This document shows, one piece after another, positions 35,839 through 39,632 of a DNA stretch of 39,632 nucleotides (position 1 is the first letter of the stretch; each line of letters opens with the position of its first letter). Source of the stretch: Minisyncoccota bacterium (GTDB lineage Bacteria; Patescibacteriota; Minisyncoccia; Phycocordibacterales; JABAAK01). Made by a program: the position numbers and the translations under genes. Where the stretch lies: contig OY282360.1 of assembly GCA_958295675.1 (NCBI GenBank), positions 424,394-464,025 on the forward strand, written 5' to 3'. The notes beneath the pieces were generated by a model. That model had not been told where the DNA came from and did no database searches. It saw nothing but the letters and a program-made list of their open reading frames with translations.

Positions 35839-38064
35839 TTATCTCCTGATTTGACCGGCAACAATATTACGGAGTGTTTCAGCAACACAATCAGGCAATT
35901 TTCGGACATCAGAACCAACTTCAAGACCTTCCGTACTCCATACTTTTCTAAACGATCTATGCTCATCTTCATGAGCATCACCAATTTGAAATGCGCGCGT
36001 AACAGCTCCTATATGCCGCATACGATCCAACTCAACTTTCGCAGCATCAATGACATGATGACCGCCATCGGTAATCATAAAGACAATATCAAGTGCTTTG
36101 TTCATCCGAATTCTCTCAACATGCTCACTACTCTCCTCTATTGACTCTCTCGCTGCTCGAAGCGGCAAATGATCTACATTTCCACCGTCGGCGATAAATG
36201 TATCCAATGCCCTTGCAATATTAACACTCTCATCTTCATTGCTGTTCCTATGAAACGGCTTGACCTCTTTCACATAGCTTTCAAAAATAAAGACCTGTGT
36301 GTCCACTTTTGTCCGTATTGCTCCCGGCTTATTTCTTTGCCACCTGATAAGTGCGCGAAAATTCCTTAGTGAGGTTAACAGGAGAACAACACTCTCCTTA
36401 AGAACATCAATGCGTTCACCAGACATTGACCCTGATATATCAGCCAAAATGCGTAAATTCAATTCCTCAGGAAAGGTAATCTCTTGCTCTTTGATTTCCC
36501 ACCGTTTAAATATCTGCGCACTATCCGGATTTCCGGATAAAATCTGAGGATACTGCTGTACAAGTATATCCATATTAATATCATCTCCACTCTCATGCGC
36601 ACCGCCAAGACGGCGTACATTCTTAATGGTCTGTTGTATCGTAAGTAACTCTTTCCAAAACAAAGTCATCCTTTCTATTTCCGGCTGTAATTTTTCCTGT
36701 ATGCTGCGCAACTGAGCCATTAATCCTTCGGTTAGATCATGCTCTTCCTCAAGCATCTTATCTCGCTGCGCCCGAATCCGATTTTGTTTTTCCTGATTGG
36801 ATAAATTATCCCATTCTTTCTTTTTCTTTTCCTCTTCATTCTCCGCATCTATTTCCTCCTGCCGTTCTTCCAAAGCATCAATAATGTCATCTTCATCAAC
36901 CTGATCAAAACTCTTTTTCTGTTCAAATTCATCGTATTCATTTTGAAAGGGCAAATCAAAAGGATTAGAATCACCGCCCTTTTCGCTCCCATCATTATCA
37001 CCTTGCCTTTCTTGCCCTCTTTCTTGTCCTCTCTCTTGTCCTCTTTCTTGTCCATCTTGTCCTTCTTGTCCTTTCGATTCCTCAGGAAGATTCGGATCCC
37101 AATCATCAATATCTTTAGACAGTAAATCCAAAAAAATCGACTCTATCACATATCTCAATCCTGTGTGCCTCTGCTGTACCGGTATGGGTCTCAAGCGCGA
37201 TCGTTTTACCGCCTTATTTAAATATTGCTGAAAGGTAATCTGCTTATCCATATACATGACTTGATCATCAAACACTTTCTGCACTTCGTCAGATACTGTC
37301 ACAGTTTCATCAGAAACCATATCTTCTCGAAGTATCTTATACAGAAACTGGAGATGGCGAGGTAATTCAGTATAATCAGTTTCTGAAAACAATTTTTCAC
37401 GGTATAAGGCAGTCACTTCGTCCTGATCATTACGCTTACCGACAGTTCGCTCAAATCTCGGTGCATCTAGAGCAACTTCATTATTAACATACACATCATC
37501 AAAAATGTTAAAATAAATAGAAAAAGCACGCCGAACAACAGTATCCACGGCCCGCACAGTCCCCTTGTTTTTCATACCGGTTGGAATTTCTCTTGTTACC
37601 GATTCAATAATATCAGGATGTGATTCGCCAAATTTCTCTTTAATTTTATGCAATATCCGGTCTCCGAATTGCCTTCCTTTTTCAATAGAATACTCCACAT
37701 TATAGCGCAACATATTTTCCGGAGATTCATAAAAATCAGAATAATGTTTTAATTCATGTAAAACAGCAAAAAATACCTGTTCGTCAGAGTATCCATTTTC
37801 AAAAAACCATTTATAATCAACAGAAACTTCCTGGTTCATAAGATTAAAATAAAAACCATCGCCGAGAATAAACTTGACACGCCCGCCGGCAAAATGATCA
37901 AACAATATTTTATGTTCATCCAAGAAGGTCTGCATTCTTTCTCTCGCCGCCACAAACTTCGGATCTATTTGCTCCTTATCGTCCTTTCCAGTATCAGTAA
38001 TATTAAAATCATTCCCTCTCTTTTCTTCTATCCGATTGATAGGCCGATCAATTCCTAATTTCAT
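35839..38064 (-). CDS. vWA-domain protein with N-terminal HEXXH metallopeptidase-like domain
   Basis: 'LHELKH', 'FNIFDDVYVN', acidic linker, MIDAS 'DISGSMS', 'MITDG'; directly upstream of the AAA+ gene. Confidence 0.8.
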   Translation of the reverse strand: MKLGIDRPINRIEEKRGNDFNITDTGKDDKEQIDPKFVAARERMQTFLDEHKILFDHFAGGRVKFILGDGFYFNLMNQEVSVDYKWFFENGYSDEQVFFAVLHELKHYSDFYESPENMLRYNVEYSIEKGRQFGDRILHKIKEKFGESHPDIIESVTREIPTGMKNKGTVRAVDTVVRRAFSIYFNIFDDVYVNNEVALDAPRFERTVGKRNDQDEVTALYREKLFSETDYTELPRHLQFLYKILREDMVSDETVTVSDEVQKVFDDQVMYMDKQITFQQYLNKAVKRSRLRPIPVQQRHTGLRYVIESIFLDLLSKDIDDWDPNLPEESKGQEGQDGQERGQERGQERGQERQGDNDGSEKGGDSNPFDLPFQNEYDEFEQKKSFDQVDEDDIIDALEERQEEIDAENEEEKKKKEWDNLSNQEKQNRIRAQRDKMLEEEHDLTEGLMAQLRSIQEKLQPEIERMTLFWKELLTIQQTIKNVRRLGGAHESGDDINMDILVQQYPQILSGNPDSAQIFKRWEIKEQEITFPEELNLRILADISGSMSGERIDVLKESVVLLLTSLRNFRALIRWQRNKPGAIRTKVDTQVFIFESYVKEVKPFHRNSNEDESVNIARALDTFIADGGNVDHLPLRAARESIEESSEHVERIRMNKALDIVFMITDGGHHVIDAAKVELDRMRHIGAVTRAFQIGDAHEDEHRSFRKVWSTEGLEVGSDVRKLPDCVAETLRNIVAGQIRR
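37001..37071 (-). repeat. 9/12-bp degenerate tandem repeat in the vWA protein linker
   Basis: Encodes GQEGQDGQERGQERGQERGQERQG. Confidence 0.85.
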
Positions 38065-38139
38065 ATACAAAAGTATTATCCTATAGAAAAATACTGATAT
38101 AAAAACTTTTACACAATATAAACAGAAAAAGGAAATCTG

Positions 38140-38787
38140 TTATGTTCCGGAATTTTTCGTATTCTCACGATATGTATCTATATTTTTATGATGCCCGGAA
38201 CAAAGCACTGCAGGGACACTGAATGTTTTACCATCATACACAAATGACTCGGGACGGGTATACACCTTCCCTCCTGCAATTCGCATATTCTCATGTGACA
38301 TCCTGTTCCCTAGTACGCCCGGCAGTTCTCTGGCAACCGCATCAGCAACAAGCAATGCGGGGATTTCACCGCCGGTGAGTATAAACGAGCCGACAGACAC
38401 ACCATCCGCACCGGTCGCATCAGCAACACGCTCATCTATACCTTCATAATGCCCGCATAGAAGGATTATATTATCGTATGCTGCATATTCCTTCGCCTGT
38501 TTCTGTGTGAACAATAAACCGCTCGGGGTGAAAAAAATGGTTTTTCTTGTCCCCGAGTGCAGTTTAATCCGTTCAAAACATTGAAGAAATGGATATGCCT
38601 TCAGCACCATACCGGGACCTCCTCCATACGGACGATCATCAGCCCGTTTAAGGTCTGAGATTTCATCAAGAGGGTTATAATAGTACACCTCCAAAATACC
38701 TTGTTCTGCAGCCCTACCGAGAATAGAATGCTCAAAATAGGGCTTACATACATCAGGAAAAAGCGAAACGATATGCACTTTCAGCAT
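38140..38787 (-). CDS. trmD: tRNA (guanine37-N1)-methyltransferase
   Basis: 'DDRPYGGGPGMV', 'CGHYEGIDERV', 'FILTGGE', 'YTRP'. Confidence 0.97.
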   Translation of the reverse strand: MLKVHIVSLFPDVCKPYFEHSILGRAAEQGILEVYYYNPLDEISDLKRADDRPYGGGPGMVLKAYPFLQCFERIKLHSGTRKTIFFTPSGLLFTQKQAKEYAAYDNIILLCGHYEGIDERVADATGADGVSVGSFILTGGEIPALLVADAVARELPGVLGNRMSHENMRIAGGKVYTRPESFVYDGKTFSVPAVLCSGHHKNIDTYRENTKNSGT

Positions 38788-38796
38788 ATCCCTCCG

Positions 38797-39069
38797 CTAC
38801 ATTCCGCCTGCACCACCACCCTTGTCCGGTTCTTCTATAACAACACTAATCTTTGCTTCGTGCTGGCCGCCGTATGCATGCATAATTGTGCGAATAGCTG
38901 TCGCCATCCGACCCTGAGCACCGATCACTTTGCCCATATCACTAGGATCAACGCTGAGTGTGAGTTTCACACCCTGTTTGTCAACTTCCTGCTCAACACC
39001 AACTTTATCGGGATTATCAACAACTTTTTGAACAATTTCTTTCAGAAACTGTGATTCTTCTTTCTCCAT
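38797..39069 (-). CDS. khpA: KH-domain RNA-binding protein KhpA
   Basis: 'VDNPDKV', 'DMGKVIGAQGRMATAIRT'; between rpsP and trmD. Confidence 0.9.
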   Translation of the reverse strand: MEKEESQFLKEIVQKVVDNPDKVGVEQEVDKQGVKLTLSVDPSDMGKVIGAQGRMATAIRTIMHAYGGQHEAKISVVIEEPDKGGGAGGM

Positions 39070-39101
39070 ATACTATTTATTTATTTGTACCAATTACTAT
39101 T

Positions 39102-39602
39102 TCATCCTTCCTCAGAAGGATTCTTTTTTTTGTTCTGTGTGCTATTGTCAGCAATATCAACAGAAGAGACGGCGGTATCGTTCTTCTCAGTCATCGGCTC
39201 TTCATTCTTCACAACAGCACCATTACTACCGCTATCAGCAGAAACTGTTTCACCGGAAGTATCATTTGTAATCGCAGTATCAGTTTTAACAGAATCTTCT
39301 GTCGCTTCGTCTTTCTGTTCTTTCTGCACAGGGGTTTTCTTCGGCAGGGCATTTCGCTTGACACCCTTTATAACTCCGTTAACAACAAGAATATTATGCA
39401 TAGTATCAGAAACTTGTGCTCCCTTTGAAATCCAATAAGTAATTCGCTCCTTATTAAGCACAGTCATCTTACGGATAGTATCATATGTCCCGAGTAATTC
39501 AACGGGTTTCCCTTTCTTAACTGCTATTTTAGAATCAACCACAACCACTCTGTATGATGGATTGTTTTTCCTGCCAATTCGCTGTAACCGAATCTTTAAC
39601 AT
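39102..39602 (-). CDS. rpsP: 30S ribosomal protein S16 with long C-terminal extension
   Basis: 'MLKIRLQRIGRKNNPSYRVVV', 'WISKGAQVSDT'. Confidence 0.96.
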   Translation of the reverse strand: MLKIRLQRIGRKNNPSYRVVVVDSKIAVKKGKPVELLGTYDTIRKMTVLNKERITYWISKGAQVSDTMHNILVVNGVIKGVKRNALPKKTPVQKEQKDEATEDSVKTDTAITNDTSGETVSADSGSNGAVVKNEEPMTEKNDTAVSSVDIADNSTQNKKKNPSEEG

Positions 39603-39632
39603 AATCAATTATAATACATGATACAGAATAAA

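Overview
A 39.6 kb piece of a small bacterial chromosome using genetic code 11. The gene set (single-chain GlyRS, short non-discriminating AspRS, rpsP-khpA-trmD without rimM, pilin, coiled-coil murein hydrolases) is most consistent with Patescibacteria/CPR (Parcubacteria); this is an inference. Housekeeping content: cell-wall genes (mpl, murG, ftsW, mraY, DD-carboxypeptidase, lytic transglycosylase, M23 peptidase), five aminoacyl-tRNA synthetases, scpAB, two tRNAs, the infA-rpmJ-rpsM-rpsK-rpsD-rpoA-rplQ-rplM-rpsI block, and a MoxR-type AAA+ / vWA-HEXXH pair. The notable region is 16790-29735, a mirror-symmetric accessory architecture around a ~7 kb core block. Each arm holds (i) one paralog of an uncharacterised 9-repeat helical protein and (ii) a convergent array of LRV/HEAT-like repeat genes. 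Every gene in these arrays is bounded by the same 28-bp hairpin (7 copies; N genes, N+1 hairpins per array), and each has its own promoter and Shine-Dalgarno. 5' and 3' modules are shared in mosaic fashion between the two arrays, one hairpin has its loop inverted, one cassette is a pseudogene, and one leader carries a MITE-like insertion. No recombinase, integrase or reverse transcriptase is in the window, so the mechanism is not shown. Many host genes appear leaderless (-10 box 7-9 nt before ATG, no SD), unlike the cassettes. All calls are by eye; no searches were run.
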